A stretch of DNA of 64,000 nt from Geopsychrobacteraceae bacterium (GCA_963662315.1 OY759353.1:3136001-3200000), one strand, 5' to 3'; counted from the stretch's first letter, positions 8,509 through 20,689 are shown. Notes: a model not told the origin generated them from the sequence alone. A program made the numbers and translations.

Positions 8509-10977
8509 ATGATTAATCTCGATCAGCAATCTGTTGTTCTTGGCTCCACTCCATCGAGCAAAGAGGCAGCTATAGAAGCAGTCGCGACAATTCTCGTTAA
8601 TAACGGCTGTATAGCTCCTGGTTACATTGAAAGTATGAAAAAGCGCGAGGTCGTTGCCAATACTTTCCTTGGCAACGGTATCGCGATTCCCCATGGGCTC
8701 CCTGAGCATCGTGAACTGATTCATAAAACCGGCATTGCTGTCTTGCAGGTACCCGGGGGAGTTGCCTGGAATCCTGGAGAGAGCGCGACCCTTGTCATCG
8801 GGATAGCCGCCAAGTCTGATGAACATATTGAAATTCTGACAAATCTTACCCGCCTGCTTGATGATTCTGCAACGATCAATGAACTGTCCTCAGCGACGAC
8901 AGCGGATATTATTATCGAGGCATTGTCCGGGCAGCGCAGGCCCGTACCGGAGAAGGCACCGGTTCTTGATCTGGACGGTTTCCAATCGATCACCGAGACG
9001 ATCAGCGGCGAACATGGCTTGCATGCCCGTCCGGCAACATTCTTAATTGAAATCGCCAAACAGTTTGAAGCTGAAATTCTGGTTGAACATGACGGGCAGG
9101 CTGCAAACGGGAAAAGTCTGGCATCCCTTCTTAAACTCGGAGTTACCAAGGGGAAAACCATTCGTATCCATGCCAAAGGCAGCGACGCTGTTGACGCTTT
9201 GAATCAGTTGAAAAATGCCATTGAAAGCGGGCTGGGAGAGACTGCAGAGGAGTCGAATGGCATCCAGGTCGCCCATGGCTGGCAGCCGCAGTCTGTCGCC
9301 AAAACGATTCCTGGCATTAACGCATCTCCTGGCCTGGCTTGTGGCGTGGTGCGCCAGTATGTTCATGAGCGGATTATTGTCGAGGCGAACGCAAAAGACC
9401 CCGACTATGAAAAGAACCGGCTGAAGCAGGCCGTTAGCGCTGCGAAAGAAAATCTGAAGAATCTTCATGATGAAGTCAGAGCCAAAGCCGGTGCCGCCAA
9501 AGCTGCTATTTTCCAGGCCCATATCGCGTTCCTTGAAGATCCGGAGTTACACGCTGAAGTCAATGAACTGATCAACTCCGGCAGAAGCTGTGGTTTCGCC
9601 TGGCGTCAGGTGATCGATGATCGGGTTCATGCTTTGGAGCTGCACAATGATCCGGTTCTGGCTGGCCGGGCCATGGATCTGCGTGATGTTGGCCGCCGCG
9701 TCCTGAAACATATCGCCGGTACCCTTCATGACCAACCTTTTATTCCTGACGAACCCGTTATACTTATCGCTGAAGATCTGACCCCTTCCGATACCGCAGC
9801 CCTTGATCCGGCACTGATTCTGGGGATCTGTACCGCCGGGGGTGGGCCTACCTCTCATTCGGCGATTATTGCCCGCTCCCTTGGTATCCCGGCCATTGTG
9901 TCTGCCGGCCCCGCAGTCCTGGGGATAGCTGATCACACCCTGGCGATTCTGGATGGTGACAGCGGCAATCTTTACCTGCAGCCGAGTGCGGCGGATCAGG
10001 AATCGGCAGAGCTGGCTCGCCGGCATTTGGAAACATTGCGTAACAGCGAATACGAAACGCGCTTTGAACCGGCGCTGACGACAGATGGACACCGCATTGA
10101 AGTCGTGGCCAATATCGGCAAGGTGGAAGAAGCCGAACAGGCGGTCAATGCCGGTGGTGAGGGCGTAGGACTGCTGCGCACGGAATTCCTCTTTCTGGGG
10201 CGTGAAACCCCGCCTGACGAGGAGGAGCAGTACCAGCACTATACCGCCATGCTGAAGAGCCTCAACGGTTTGCCGATGATCGTTCGTACACTCGATATCG
10301 GTGGTGATAAAGAGGTTTCTTATCTTGACCTGCCCGCAGAGGATAATCCATTTCTGGGTGAACGCGGCATCCGTCTGTGCCTGAACCGCCAGGAGCTGTT
10401 TCTGTCTCAGCTAAGAGCAATCTATCGGGCCTCCAAGCATGGTCCACTACGCATTATGCTGCCGATGGTATCGAGTATTGAAGAATTGCTGGCGGCGAAG
10501 GTGTTGCTCGAAAAAGCGCGTATCGAGACCGGGGCCGATCAGGTCGAGATCGGTATCATGGTCGAGGTTCCCTCCGCTGCCGTCATGGCGGATGTGTTTG
10601 CCCGCGAAGTTGACTTCTTCTCTATCGGGACCAACGACCTGACCCAGTACGTGTTGGCGATTGACCGCTTGCATCCGACCCTGGCTGCCCAGGCAGATAG
10701 TCTGCATCCGGCTGTTTTACGCATGATTGATATGGTCGTGAAAGCGGCAACTGAAGCGGGCATTTGGGTTGGTGTTTGCGGTGGCCTGGCAGGAGAACCT
10801 CTTGGGGCGGCTATTCTGGCGGGTCTGGGAGTCAAGGAACTGAGCATGGTTATCCCCAGTATTGCGGCTATTAAAGCGAGACTGCGCACCATGACCATTG
10901 CTGAGGCTCGTGAACTCGCAGCTAAGGCGCTGAGTTGCCAGACCATTAAGCAGGTTCGGGCTCTGCAGCAGCCATGA
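8509..10977 (+). CDS. fruB: Fructose PTS multiphosphoryl transfer protein (EIIA-Fru/HPr/Enzyme I fusion)
   Basis: EIIA motif GIAIPHG, HPr motif GLHARPA, EI motifs GGPTSHSAI, GLLRTEF, VRTLDIGGDK, SIGTNDL. Confidence 0.95.
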   Translation: MINLDQQSVVLGSTPSSKEAAIEAVATILVNNGCIAPGYIESMKKREVVANTFLGNGIAIPHGLPEHRELIHKTGIAVLQVPGGVAWNPGESATLVIGIAAKSDEHIEILTNLTRLLDDSATINELSSATTADIIIEALSGQRRPVPEKAPVLDLDGFQSITETISGEHGLHARPATFLIEIAKQFEAEILVEHDGQAANGKSLASLLKLGVTKGKTIRIHAKGSDAVDALNQLKNAIESGLGETAEESNGIQVAHGWQPQSVAKTIPGINASPGLACGVVRQYVHERIIVEANAKDPDYEKNRLKQAVSAAKENLKNLHDEVRAKAGAAKAAIFQAHIAFLEDPELHAEVNELINSGRSCGFAWRQVIDDRVHALELHNDPVLAGRAMDLRDVGRRVLKHIAGTLHDQPFIPDEPVILIAEDLTPSDTAALDPALILGICTAGGGPTSHSAIIARSLGIPAIVSAGPAVLGIADHTLAILDGDSGNLYLQPSAADQESAELARRHLETLRNSEYETRFEPALTTDGHRIEVVANIGKVEEAEQAVNAGGEGVGLLRTEFLFLGRETPPDEEEQYQHYTAMLKSLNGLPMIVRTLDIGGDKEVSYLDLPAEDNPFLGERGIRLCLNRQELFLSQLRAIYRASKHGPLRIMLPMVSSIEELLAAKVLLEKARIETGADQVEIGIMVEVPSAAVMADVFAREVDFFSIGTNDLTQYVLAIDRLHPTLAAQADSLHPAVLRMIDMVVKAATEAGIWVGVCGGLAGEPLGAAILAGLGVKELSMVIPSIAAIKARLRTMTIAEARELAAKALSCQTIKQVRALQQP

Positions 10978-10990
10978 AAGGAGGGTGCTC

Positions 10991-11959
10991 ATGACCAAGC
11001 GTCAGGGAATTATAACTGTGACCCTGAATCCGGCCATCGACCTGACCTGCTCTATTCCGGAATTCAAAACCGGGGCTGTCAACCGGGTGTCCGGGTCGCG
11101 TACCGATGCCGGCGGAAAGGGAGTCAATATCGCGAGGTTGCTGCGGGTTTTCGACCTGCCGGTGATTGCTACCGGTTTTCTGGGCCAGGATAATCCTCAT
11201 ATTTTTGAAAAGCTTTTCCGTGAACGAGAGATTACGGATCAATTTATCCGTGTCCCGGGAGAAACACGGACCGGCATAAAAATCCTTGATGATGCGGCCC
11301 ACACGACCACAGATATCAATTTCCCCGGGCTGACCCCAACTTCGGTTGACTTTGAGCGGTTGCTGAATCAGCTTACCTCACTCGCTGCAACAGCCCGGAT
11401 TGTCATCATCGCGGGCAGCCTTCCAGCAACATTGCCGCCGCAAGCTGTTGGTGAGCTTGTCAAGGTGGCTCAAAAAGCGGGGGCCAGTGTTTTTGTCGAC
11501 ACCAGTGGACCGGCGTTAAGTCATGCCATTCACGCCGGACCTTCATTGATCAAACCAAACCAGGATGAACTTGGCGAATATCTTGGGCGCCCTCTGAGTG
11601 ATCTTGAAGATATTCTCAGAGAAGCTCAGCAGCTTGTCAGGCGTGGCATTGACACCATTATCGTTTCTCTTGGCTCCAGGGGAGCTCTGTTTGTCAACCG
11701 GGACCAGGCTCTGCTCACGGCTCCGCCACGCATAAAGCCGGTCAGTACTGTCGGTGCCGGTGATGCAATGATCGGAAGCTTTGCTGCCGGGCTCCTGACG
11801 GGACTCTCATTTGCAGACAGCGCCCGTTTGGCAACAGCGGTTTCCGCTGCTGTCGTTACGTTGGCGGGACCCGGACTCGATACCCTCGCCACCGCCGAGC
11901 AATTAAATGACCAGGTACAGATAAAACAGGTTTATCCTCAGGGAGGACACAATGAGTAA
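10991..11959 (+). CDS. fruK: 1-phosphofructokinase (PfkB family)
   Basis: TVTLNPAID, GGKGVNIA, IKPNQDE, STVGAGD. Lies between fruB and fruA. Confidence 0.93.
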   Translation: MTKRQGIITVTLNPAIDLTCSIPEFKTGAVNRVSGSRTDAGGKGVNIARLLRVFDLPVIATGFLGQDNPHIFEKLFREREITDQFIRVPGETRTGIKILDDAAHTTTDINFPGLTPTSVDFERLLNQLTSLAATARIVIIAGSLPATLPPQAVGELVKVAQKAGASVFVDTSGPALSHAIHAGPSLIKPNQDELGEYLGRPLSDLEDILREAQQLVRRGIDTIIVSLGSRGALFVNRDQALLTAPPRIKPVSTVGAGDAMIGSFAAGLLTGLSFADSARLATAVSAAVVTLAGPGLDTLATAEQLNDQVQIKQVYPQGGHNE

Positions 11960-13706
11960 AATTGTTGCAGTCACAGCATGCCCGACCGGAATCGCCCACA
12001 CCATCATGGCCGCAGAAGCTTTGAAAAAGGTCGGAGCTACTATGGGGCACCAGATTGAGATCGAAACTCAAGGAGCGGAGGGGGGCAAAAATATTCTCAG
12101 TGCGGAGGCCATTGCCGCAGCCGAAGTTGTCATTATTGCTGCGGATATCCACGTTGATCCCTCTCGTTTTGCCGGTAAACCTATTTTTGCGGTGAGCACC
12201 AGTGAGGCGATCCGCATGACCCAAGCGGTCATTGGAAAAGCCTTGCTTGAAAAAGCAAGCCGGGAAGAAGAATTGCTACAGGCGCCTGAGCCTGTAGTCA
12301 GCGTATCCTCAGACTCCCCTAAATTTATTATCGGGGTGACCTCGTGTCCGACCGGAATCGCTCACACCTTTATGGCTGCCGAAGCGTTGCGCAAGGCTGC
12401 GGAAGAACTCGGTCACGAAGTTAAGATCGAGACACAAGGGTCCGTCGGAGCCAAGAATGTTCTGACGCCTGAAGAGATCGCCCGGGCCGATGCCGTTATT
12501 ATTGCCGCCGATGCGTTTGTCGATACCGCCCGCTTTGCCGGCAAGCCTCTTTACGAAACATCGACCAAAGAAGCGCTGCATCATGGTAAAAAAGTCATTG
12601 CCGCCGGTCTCGAAGCCCAACCGACAGGTAAACAAAACCTGTCCAGCAAGGTCGATGAGCTGAAGAAAGAGCGTTCCGCAGCACGAACCGGGCCCTATCG
12701 TCACCTGATGACCGGCGTCTCCTACATGCTGCCCGTGGTTGTGGCAGGAGGATTACTGATTGCATTGGCGTTTGCATTTGGCGGGATCTATGCCGGCGAT
12801 CAGGAAGGGACCTTCGGCTGGGCGCTGATGCAGATTGGCGGTGCCACCGCATTCTCATTGTTTGTGCCCGTTCTTGGTGCCTTTATCGCCTACTCTATTG
12901 CCGAACGTCCTGGGATTACCCCCGGCCTGGTCGGCGGAATGCTCGCAACGTCAGTCGGATCGGGTTTTTTAGGGGGTATCGTTGCCGGTTTCCTGGCTGG
13001 TTACCTGACCAAAGCCCTGAATGATAATATCAAGTTGCCGCAAAACCTCCAGGGGCTCAAACCGGTGTTGATCCTGCCGTTTCTGTCAACCCTGATTGTC
13101 GGGTTGCTGATGATCTTTGTCATTGGTCCCCCGGTGAAGCTCGTTCTCAACGCTCTGACCACCTGGTTGCAGAGCATGCATTCAACCAGTGCCCTGCTGC
13201 TGGGTCTGATCCTGGGAGCAATGATGGCTTTCGATATGGGAGGACCGGTGAACAAGGCGGCCTACACGTTCTCCGTCGGGCTGCTGTCGAGCCAGGTCTA
13301 TGCCCCCATGGCAGCCGTCATGGCGGCAGGGATGACTCCGCCACTGGGCTTGGCCCTGGCGGCAACCCTGTTCAAGAATCGTTTTACCGATGATGAACAG
13401 GAAGCCAGTAAAGCCGCATTTGTGCTGGGAATATCTTTTATTACCGAAGGAGCCATTCCCTTTGCGGCCCGCGATCCATTCCGGGTTATCCCATGCATTA
13501 TGATTGGTTCGGCGGCTACCGGAGCATTGTCGATGGTTTTCGGTTCAACCCTGATGGTTCCTCACGGCGGGATTTTCGTTCTCTTTATTCCTAATGCCGT
13601 GACCCATTTACTTCTTTACGCGGTTGCGATTATCGCCGGAACCCTGATAACCACCATCGCCCTTTATCTTGTTAAGCGTCCCATTCCGACCGTTCCCCAG
13701 CAATAA
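11952..13706 (+). CDS. fruA: PTS fructose transporter EIIB'BC
   Basis: Two IIB domains (CPTGIAHT twice), HLMTGVSYMLP, DMGGPVNK, FITEGAIPFA. Confidence 0.95.
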   Translation: MSKIVAVTACPTGIAHTIMAAEALKKVGATMGHQIEIETQGAEGGKNILSAEAIAAAEVVIIAADIHVDPSRFAGKPIFAVSTSEAIRMTQAVIGKALLEKASREEELLQAPEPVVSVSSDSPKFIIGVTSCPTGIAHTFMAAEALRKAAEELGHEVKIETQGSVGAKNVLTPEEIARADAVIIAADAFVDTARFAGKPLYETSTKEALHHGKKVIAAGLEAQPTGKQNLSSKVDELKKERSAARTGPYRHLMTGVSYMLPVVVAGGLLIALAFAFGGIYAGDQEGTFGWALMQIGGATAFSLFVPVLGAFIAYSIAERPGITPGLVGGMLATSVGSGFLGGIVAGFLAGYLTKALNDNIKLPQNLQGLKPVLILPFLSTLIVGLLMIFVIGPPVKLVLNALTTWLQSMHSTSALLLGLILGAMMAFDMGGPVNKAAYTFSVGLLSSQVYAPMAAVMAAGMTPPLGLALAATLFKNRFTDDEQEASKAAFVLGISFITEGAIPFAARDPFRVIPCIMIGSAATGALSMVFGSTLMVPHGGIFVLFIPNAVTHLLLYAVAIIAGTLITTIALYLVKRPIPTVPQQ

Positions 13707-13803
13707 GCTCTTTACGGGCGGGTTTCTGAACGGAAGCCCGTCCGCCATTACCTGGCACTGACCAGGAAATGCGAATCCACAGCAACAACTCCGCGGCCAA
13801 TAA

Positions 13804-14897
<1,094 letters not shown>

Positions 14898-15282
14898 GGC
14901 ACATCGAATCAGTTGATTGCTGAATATGAAGACGAATAATTGTTCTTATTTATTCAATAATAAGCGTTCAGAAATATGATATGTTCACCAATAAATGTTC
15001 AAAAATATGTGCGATCCATTGAAAATAAATCATTTTCTTTGGTGTGTTTACTGCGTTGCTCTCCAAAAGTATAGGCAGTCATTGCCGGAATCGAATTGTC
15101 ACAGAGGATCATGCAGTGAGACAGGATCTGGTTGTTCTGGAGAACAGGACAAGCTAAAGTAACAGATAAGGAATAGTCATTCAAGGAGCTGAATTTTAGA
15201 GGTTTAAATCCTTGAGAATGGTTTTTATAAACCTGTGTGAGAAGAAACCGTTTTATGCCCTTGGGTCTAAGGGGCAGAGACG

Positions 15283-15993
15283 TTATTTTGCAGTTCTTAT
15301 CTGTAACAGCAGAGGATGAAATATCTGGTGCTGGTTCAGGTAGTCAATCAAATCAAAATCCCCTGTCTTTAATTTGTTACTGAGCGTGTGTTCCATTTCA
15401 AGCCAGACCTGATAAATCAGGTTACCACTCAACCCGTATCCACATTGTTGTTGCATCGACCAGATGAGATCCGTTTCGAGTTCACTGGCCAATTCCTGGG
15501 GGGCAGCCAGATAATGGGTCGGGAAGTTGACGATGTTGCGGTCGAGGCTGCTGAGAAATGCTGTTTTTTCCAGTGGGTGCAGACTGGAAAAATCGACGCC
15601 GCACCACGCACTGGGGCGGGAAGACAGGAGCGCCCGGCAGCTAAGCGGCCGCTCAGAGTAAATACTGCACGCCTGACTCTGGGAATCAAGAAAAATACAG
15701 CTACCGACAGTGTCCCGGTATAGACGGAGAAAATCTTTCAGGGATGGACAGCTCTTAGCCAGATCCTGAATGCGGGTTGCCAGAGCAGAAATGCTTTCCC
15801 GCTGTCCGGTGGACAGCAGGGAAGCAATGGCAGCGGCTTCAGGAAAGCTGCAATTGACCACGAGAGAACAGCAGTTTGGACAGCCTTTCTGGCAATAGAT
15901 GCGCTGACAGTTCGGCAAGGTTAGCCGTTCAATGTGCAGATCAAGCTGTTTTTTGCTTCTGCTGAGTTGAGGCGCTGACAGTGAGATGCCCAT
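15283..15993 (-). CDS. YkgJ-family cysteine-cluster (CxxCxxCC) protein
   Basis: CQKGCPNCC, CIFLD...CSIYSERPLSCR. Confidence 0.85.
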   Translation of the reverse strand: MGISLSAPQLSRSKKQLDLHIERLTLPNCQRIYCQKGCPNCCSLVVNCSFPEAAAIASLLSTGQRESISALATRIQDLAKSCPSLKDFLRLYRDTVGSCIFLDSQSQACSIYSERPLSCRALLSSRPSAWCGVDFSSLHPLEKTAFLSSLDRNIVNFPTHYLAAPQELASELETDLIWSMQQQCGYGLSGNLIYQVWLEMEHTLSNKLKTGDFDLIDYLNQHQIFHPLLLQIRTAK

Positions 15994-16949
15994 CAGTTGA
16001 CCTGATTCACCGGTTGCCCGTTTTTAAACGCAGCCACATTTTCGACAACAATCTCCATCAGGCGTTTACGTGCCTCAATGGTTGCCCACGCCATATGTGG
16101 TGTGATGTAGGTGTTGGGTGCCGCTATCAGCGGATGATCTTCCTCCGGTGGTTCCATCTGCAGAACATCTGCGGCATAGCCGCCAAGGTAGCCTTCCTCC
16201 AACGCCTCGATAACAGCGGCTTCGTCAATCAGTTGACCGCGGCCGGTATTAACCAGTACCGCGCCATTTTTGATGCGGGCAAGACGCGCAGTATTGACAA
16301 GATTCCGGGTTTGCTCAGTAAGCGGGCAATGAAGGCTGATGACATGGCAACGTGAAAACAGTTCATCAATATCAATAAACTCAACATCCTCTTCAGTGCT
16401 GTATTTTTCAGGATGAGCTGTGCTGGACAGAACCTTCATGCCGAAGGCGTTGGCAATATTTTTGACTTGGCGACCGATTTGGCCGTAACCGACGATACCC
16501 ATGGTTTTTCCGGCCAGTTCAAAGAGAGGCCGATTGTGGAAGCTGAAGTCGGGGCAGTTAGCCCAGGCTCCCTGCCGCACCTGTTCAGCATGATGACCAA
16601 CATGTTGGCTCATTTCCAGTAACAGGGCAAAGACCATCTGGGACACCGAAGCGGTACCATAGCCCGGTGCATTAGTGACCACGATGCCAGCTTGCCCGGC
16701 TGCTTCAACATCAACAATGTTATAGCCGGTTGCCAGCACGCCAATGTATTTCAGTTGTGGCAATTGCTCAATGGCATCAGCAGAGATAGCAGTCTTATTC
16801 GTCAGGACAACAGTCGCCTCCTGGCAGCGTTCAACCACCTGCTCTGAAGCTGTGCGTGGATATATGGCACATTGCCCCAACATTTTCAGCGGGGCCCAGT
16901 CAAGGTCCCCTGGATTCAGGGTATGGCCGTCTAAAACAACGATTTTCAT
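15993..16949 (-). CDS. D-2-hydroxyacid dehydrogenase (glycerate dehydrogenase/hydroxypyruvate reductase type)
   Basis: MKIVVLDGHTLNPGDL, GIVGYGQIG, LHCPLT, NTGRG, ITPHMAW. Confidence 0.92.
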   Translation of the reverse strand: MKIVVLDGHTLNPGDLDWAPLKMLGQCAIYPRTASEQVVERCQEATVVLTNKTAISADAIEQLPQLKYIGVLATGYNIVDVEAAGQAGIVVTNAPGYGTASVSQMVFALLLEMSQHVGHHAEQVRQGAWANCPDFSFHNRPLFELAGKTMGIVGYGQIGRQVKNIANAFGMKVLSSTAHPEKYSTEEDVEFIDIDELFSRCHVISLHCPLTEQTRNLVNTARLARIKNGAVLVNTGRGQLIDEAAVIEALEEGYLGGYAADVLQMEPPEEDHPLIAAPNTYITPHMAWATIEARKRLMEIVVENVAAFKNGQPVNQVN

Positions 16950-17656
16950 GAAGGATCCTTTTTTCTGGCTGATTGACCGAACAGGGCGGACAGTTCCTGG
17001 CGCTCTTCACTGCTGACCAGCTCAATCGGTTCTGGTCGGGCGTGGCAGGTGCGGTTGCGCCCTTCCTGTTTGGCCTGATAAAGATATTTATCGGCGTTTT
17101 CGATAAGCTGTTCCGGTTGCAGGGCACTGTTCAACTGGTAGGTTGCAATGCCGATACTGACCGTCAGTGATAACGGAGTATCATTATGGGAAAGCGGTGA
17201 TTCGGCAATCAGGATGCGGATACGTTCAGCAACCTGTACGCTCGCCAGCAGACCGGTATCTGGGAGAATAATGGCAAACTCTTCGCCACCATAGCGGCAG
17301 GGGATGTCGAGGCGCCGTACCGTCTGGCGAATGATATCAGCGACATGCATTAGAGCCTTGTTGCCTGTTTCATGCCCCCAGGTGTCATTGACGTTTTTAA
17401 AGTGATCGATATCCAGCATCATCAGAGACGTAGGTTGCCCGCTACGCTGGGTTCTTTCCAGTTCCTGAGCGAGGGACTGAAGAAAAAAGCGATAGTTGGC
17501 CAACCCGGTCAGGGTGTCAGTACTGATTGCTTCAGATAGACGAACATTTTCTTCACGTAGTGCATTGACTTCGTCAGCAATAGTACAATCTTCAATCCCG
17601 ACAGGACACCGCACGGGCGAAGGATCATTAACTGGTTGTTTCTCGGATGAAATCAT
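16946..17656 (-). CDS. Diguanylate cyclase (GGEEF)
   Basis: DTLTGLAN, DIDHFKNVNDTWGH, RxxD I-site (RRLD), RYGGEEF. Confidence 0.93.
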   Translation of the reverse strand: MISSEKQPVNDPSPVRCPVGIEDCTIADEVNALREENVRLSEAISTDTLTGLANYRFFLQSLAQELERTQRSGQPTSLMMLDIDHFKNVNDTWGHETGNKALMHVADIIRQTVRRLDIPCRYGGEEFAIILPDTGLLASVQVAERIRILIAESPLSHNDTPLSLTVSIGIATYQLNSALQPEQLIENADKYLYQAKQEGRNRTCHARPEPIELVSSEERQELSALFGQSARKKDPS

Positions 17657-17686
17657 GAGGCAATAAGAGGGCAAGTAACGAACGGC

Positions 17687-18130
17687 TTAGTCAATAAAGT
17701 AGCCGGCGACCCGCCAGCTGCCGTCCGAAGTCAGCATCAGGGTGACCGTCTCTTTGGCATGGGTTTTATTGGTAAAGATAGATGCGTAAGAATAAACCAT
17801 ATATTCCCCTTCTGGAACACCTTGTTTAGCTTCCTTGGTGTAAGTATAGTCCGTCTGCTTACGTTCTTTCAATGACCCGGCTGCGCTTCTGGCGGCGGCA
17901 AGCTGTTGTCGCCACTGACCAAGTGGAACTGTATTTTTAAGATAATCGGCGCAAACATGCCAACTTTGCTCATAGTGTTGCTCATCAACAAGAGTCAAAA
18001 ACTGGTAAGCTGCGGCACCCGAGGCATCAAGGCGCTGTTGATCAGGTTTATGTGCGTAGCGCGGGTAAACAATAATGGCCAGGGCCACCAACGCCAAAAA
18101 AATGTGGATGCGATACGTTCGTGCCAACAC
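17687..18130 (-). CDS. DUF4019-like exported protein
   Basis: N-terminal TM. AAYQFLTLVD...GVPEGEY...ETVTLM...WRVAGYFI pattern. Confidence 0.75.
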   Translation of the reverse strand: MLARTYRIHIFLALVALAIIVYPRYAHKPDQQRLDASGAAAYQFLTLVDEQHYEQSWHVCADYLKNTVPLGQWRQQLAAARSAAGSLKERKQTDYTYTKEAKQGVPEGEYMVYSYASIFTNKTHAKETVTLMLTSDGSWRVAGYFID

Positions 18131-18190
18131 GTGAAGCCTCCTGTAAAAAGGTCCCGCTATTTATACTGCCACTATAGTCATGAAAAAAGG

Positions 18191-20545
18191 CTATTCCAAC
18201 TCCTTGTCATAATTAAACTTACTGATATCCGGTGGATCATAACCACGGCGTAATGCCTCTATGACCTGTTTGCCGCGCGGGCTGAATGGTCCGACATGGG
18301 CGAGATCGACGATAAAGCTGTGACAACCGAAGCTTTCAAGTTCCCCCAGGTTGCCGATAAAGGAAAAATCGGTACCGCTTTGCAACCAGGTCAGCCCCTG
18401 CCGGTTATTGACGGAAAAAGAGTCGCCACGGTCAGAAACCACCGGACTGTCAGAACGGAGATTCTTGATTTTAATCCGCGATGTTAGCAACGGCACGCTG
18501 GCATAGACAGTCAATGCTGTCGGCACCGGCAGGTCGCGCTGCAGAACTGCGGCCAGGTTGGCTCGGTCATCTTCAATATACAATTCAGTCTGTTTGATCC
18601 CCAGCTGGGCCAGGGCACAGATAGCCTGGCTGTTGAGGGAAAAGAGCCGGAAACTGCTGTGCAGGTTGACGCCTTCAAGTTTGTCAAACAGTGGAAAGTG
18701 ACCGATATTGCTGAGCCGGAAATTCTTGAAGCCACCTTGCACCAGTTGTCTGATGGCCCCTTGTGTATCGCGCCAGTCCTGATCAAACAGAATAAACGGA
18801 ATATCCCAGATAACCTGATCCGCTTTGCGTTGCAGTTTGCCAGCCGTCTGCAGGTTATGGCCGGTTAGAGGGATCAGGACGTTGTTGACCAGCTGGTCGG
18901 ACAGGATATGCTGATCCCGCGTATCTGCCAGCTGAATGCAGATGTTCCGCGATTGCGGGATCTGCGGCCTGTCTGGTAGCAGGCTGTTTCGTGCTTTTTG
19001 GATTTTATCCTGATCGTTGCCGCGCTGGCGGGGCTTCAATACTTCGCGCAACCGGGCATAAAGATCGCGGCGAATCTGTTTCAACTGTTTTGGTGGTATA
19101 ACAATCTCCGGTAGCGGGCCGCAGTTTAATTTACCGAGACTGAAGGGTTCGTTGGCGGTCACGGCAAAGTTGCGTTGCAGAATCTCTGTACTTAAGGGAT
19201 TGTTTTCAGCAGGAAAACTGTCGATGGCAAAGGCCATCGTGTGGACTTGCCCCATGGCAGAGGCCGAAATTTTCAGCTGATCAGGACTGACATCAAGGCG
19301 CAGGTCGATGACTTCGGGTGGAGGCGTTGCCGTAGACAGCTGGCGCCGACAGGCATTTTCGCTCATGGCGAAAGACCCGCTGGATGAGACCAGGTAGACA
19401 CTGTCACCCGCTTTAAACTGGTTGGTAAATGTCGACGGCACACTGACAAAGTTATCGCTGGCGACCTTGTTGACACTGCGCTTGCCGAGCAGCAGCTGGC
19501 GGATGGTGAACGCCGTACCGCTTTTGTCGCTGGCAGGCTGAATGCGTAGGCGGTCACCAATATGCAAGGGCGCCTTGGTTTTAAAACTGATTTCCCCGCC
19601 ACGAACTTTACTGATTTCACCCAGAAAGCGACCGGTAGCCCCCTTGCGGGACGAGATCGCCATGTCAGAGGGCTGGGTTCCGGCCAGAAAGCCTTTGGTC
19701 GGCTGGCGACCAAAACTCTCCTTGAGCAGGAGTTTGGCCTGCTTGAGGATTTCCGGGCGCTGCTGTGGGCCGGCATCGAGGACCTGGCGGTAAGCGTTAA
19801 CGACCTTGTGGACATATTCGGCGCTTTTCATCCGTCCTTCAATTTTCAGACTGCAGATGCCGGCTTGTTCAAGTTCCGGCAACATTTCAATCGCCGACAA
19901 GTCGTTAGGGGAAAAATAATAGCCTTCACTGTTGCGATAGCGGTGATTGCGACGGCAAGGCTGGGCGCAGCGTCCGCGATTGCCGCTTTTGCCACTTAAA
20001 AATGACGAAAAATAGCATTGACCGCTGAATGAAAAGCACAGCGCGCCGTGAATAAAATGCTCCAGTTCAAGAGTGGTTTGTTTACGGATTTCGCTGATTT
20101 CTGGCAGGGTCAGCTCGCGGGACAGAACCGCTCGGGAAAAGCCGAGGCGTTCAAGCATTTTAACCCCGGCCGCGTTATGCACGGTCATTTGGGTTGATGC
20201 GTGTAGTTCAAGGCCGGGAAAGTGATCTTTGACAATTTTCCAGACAGCCAGATCCTGAATGATAATCGCATTGACACCGATGGCTTCAAGAGCCGCCAGA
20301 GTTTCTATCAGGCGCGGTAATTCGTCTTCTTTGATCAGGGTATTCAGCGTGACATGCAGGCTTTTACCCTGAGCCTGGAGAAACCAGGTCATTTTTTCGA
20401 TATCTGCCAGGGAAAAATTCTTAGCCTTGGCCCGGGCAGAAAACTCCTTCATGCCAATATAGATCGCATCGGCACCGGCATCGACTGCAGCAAAGAAGGC
20501 TTCCAGGCTACCCGCAGGAGCCAGCAGTTCGGTTTTGTTGATCAT
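18191..20545 (-). CDS. Peptidase U32 family Fe-S hydroxylase (long, RlhA-like)
   Basis: ELLAPAG, GADAIY, HASTQ, HGALC-x6-C...NRGRCAQPCRR, SLKIEGRMK. Alternative start at 20578. Confidence 0.9.
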   Translation of the reverse strand: MINKTELLAPAGSLEAFFAAVDAGADAIYIGMKEFSARAKAKNFSLADIEKMTWFLQAQGKSLHVTLNTLIKEDELPRLIETLAALEAIGVNAIIIQDLAVWKIVKDHFPGLELHASTQMTVHNAAGVKMLERLGFSRAVLSRELTLPEISEIRKQTTLELEHFIHGALCFSFSGQCYFSSFLSGKSGNRGRCAQPCRRNHRYRNSEGYYFSPNDLSAIEMLPELEQAGICSLKIEGRMKSAEYVHKVVNAYRQVLDAGPQQRPEILKQAKLLLKESFGRQPTKGFLAGTQPSDMAISSRKGATGRFLGEISKVRGGEISFKTKAPLHIGDRLRIQPASDKSGTAFTIRQLLLGKRSVNKVASDNFVSVPSTFTNQFKAGDSVYLVSSSGSFAMSENACRRQLSTATPPPEVIDLRLDVSPDQLKISASAMGQVHTMAFAIDSFPAENNPLSTEILQRNFAVTANEPFSLGKLNCGPLPEIVIPPKQLKQIRRDLYARLREVLKPRQRGNDQDKIQKARNSLLPDRPQIPQSRNICIQLADTRDQHILSDQLVNNVLIPLTGHNLQTAGKLQRKADQVIWDIPFILFDQDWRDTQGAIRQLVQGGFKNFRLSNIGHFPLFDKLEGVNLHSSFRLFSLNSQAICALAQLGIKQTELYIEDDRANLAAVLQRDLPVPTALTVYASVPLLTSRIKIKNLRSDSPVVSDRGDSFSVNNRQGLTWLQSGTDFSFIGNLGELESFGCHSFIVDLAHVGPFSPRGKQVIEALRRGYDPPDISKFNYDKELE

Positions 20546-20689
20546 TTTGTTTTGCAATTGTGGTCCTACTTTAATCATCCAATCATCTGGCCGTTTTCGC
20601 CCGTGATTGAGGTTAAAAGGGTGGCCGAAGGCATTCTAACGGCTACCCTGGAAATTCAAATAGCAGCGGAAGGTGTTTCCGGTTGCAAA

